Below are positions 62,556 through 64,000 of a stretch of DNA of 64,000 nucleotides, in pieces. Source of the DNA: Octopus bimaculoides (lineage: Eukaryota); NCBI RefSeq assembly GCF_001194135.2, contig NC_069001.1, positions 18,327,257 through 18,391,256 of the forward strand. The letters are read 5' to 3'. Every line of letters begins with the position of its first letter. Within the stretch, counting starts at the first letter, position 1. The position numbers were made by a program, and so were the translations under genes. Below the pieces are notes generated by a model, which saw nothing but the letters and a program-made list of their open reading frames with translations, did no database searches and had not been told where the DNA came from.

Positions 62556-63275
62556 CTCCTCCCGTTCTTCCTTCTGTTGTTCTTCGCCTCTCCCCTTCAC
62601 TACTATATCTCTCTCTTTTCCTCCTTGTCTCTCGTTGCTCACCTATATTCTATTTCCTCCCCTTTTTTTCTCCCTCTACTACTCTTTCTCCTTACCCCTC
62701 GCTGGTCACATGTGTCCGGCTACTACTTCCTTTCCTATCTTGGCTACTGCCAAGCTCGCACGAACTTTCTTCTTCTCTCTTCTTTTAAGTTCGTCACATC
62801 ACAGCGTTCAGTATACATATATATATTTTTCACGTCTGGCCTTATAGGCCTTCTTGTTTATTTTCACTGTTTCGTTTTCCTGTCTTGTTTTCTGTTCGCC
62901 ACTACATTCCTCCGCACTACANNNNNNNNNNNNNNNNNNNNNNNNNNNNNNNNNNNNNNNNNNNNNNNNNNNNNNNNNNNNNNNNNNNNNNNNNNNNNNN
63001 NNNNNNNNNNNNNNNNNNNNNNNNNNNNNNNNNNNNNNNNNNNNNNNNNNNNNNNNNNNNNNNNNNNNNNNNNNNNNNNNNNNNNNNNNNNNNNNNNNNN
63101 NNNNNNNNNNNNNNNNNNNNNNNNNNNNNNNNNNNNNNNNNNNNNNNNNNNNNNNNNNNNNNNNNNNNNNNNNNNNNNNNNNNNNNNNNNNNNNNNNNNN
63201 NNNNNNNNNNNNNNNNNNNNNNNNNNNNNNNNNNNNNNNNNNNNNNNNNNNNNNNNNNNNNNNNNNNNNNNNNNN

Positions 63276-63314
<39 letters not shown>

Positions 63315-64000
63315 AAACTTACTGTATTATACATATACGTATATATACATGTACGTATGTATCTATGTATGTGTGTCTTTGTGTCTATATTTGTCTCCCA
63401 CCACCGCTGACTCAGCCAGGATTGACACATGGCTAAACATGAACAACCAGAACATGGCTGACAACTGATTGCTGTATGGTATTTGGTCATTTGATATATT
63501 TATTTAATGGATCGATGCAGTTGATCAGAAATAATCAGTTCTGAGCAACGGTGCGCCAGATAAATATATATATTCACCTCTTGTAATGTTTCTGATTGTT
63601 CTCATTGACAAGTGTAAAATATCAATCGGACAACAAAATCGTGGCCTGTGCAAAGTATTTAATTCAATGTAAAAAAAAAAAAAGAAACACGAGGATTGTG
63701 GGTGAGGCGGAGGCCTCAAAACGGCCACTTAAAATTGTTAGAAATAACAGCTAAATTTCCCTCATACCATAGTTTGTAGTGAAGGGCACATTAAATAATG
63801 TAGTCTTAGATATCAACTAGATCTGGAAAAAGGAGCTGGCCGCCAACACTTTTTTCTGCAAAATAGGGGTAGCTTATCCTGTTCAGGCTATATTATTAGC
63901 ATTATCCTGCGTTTGAGAATTTAAAAATCACTTCTTTAACTTTCTAAAACATCTCAACGGTTCTAAAAGCAAACTTCGTTTGTTTGTTTACGTTTATCGT

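Overview
AT-rich, repeat-dense eukaryotic DNA from a gapped draft assembly. The SINE families, RTE LINE tails and dense (CA)/(TATG)/(CAT) microsatellites resemble Octopus repeats; this is inferred from recalled repeat sequences, not from a search. I found no intact host protein-coding gene. Most ORF-track entries are microsatellite or N-gap artefacts, or transposon debris. Recognisable remnants include RTE/BovB LINEs, Penelope-like elements (one RT core flanked by inverted repeats, two GIY-YIG endonuclease copies, degenerate hammerhead-like motifs), an R4/Dong-type endonuclease, three mariner-type elements, and Merlin, hAT, MULE, Harbinger, Chapaev-like and piggyBac-like fragments. There are also MITEs, three tRNA-derived SINE families and an orphan 28S rRNA fragment. 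The part least explained by known repeats is 47.6-55.2 kb. It holds a 29-bp higher-order minisatellite, then a CpG-rich, non-coding nested repeat array (~310-bp subunits inside ~1.2-kb units). That array carries a 44-nt hairpin-forming block that stays nearly invariant while its flanks diverge, making it a candidate structured-RNA or cis-element array.
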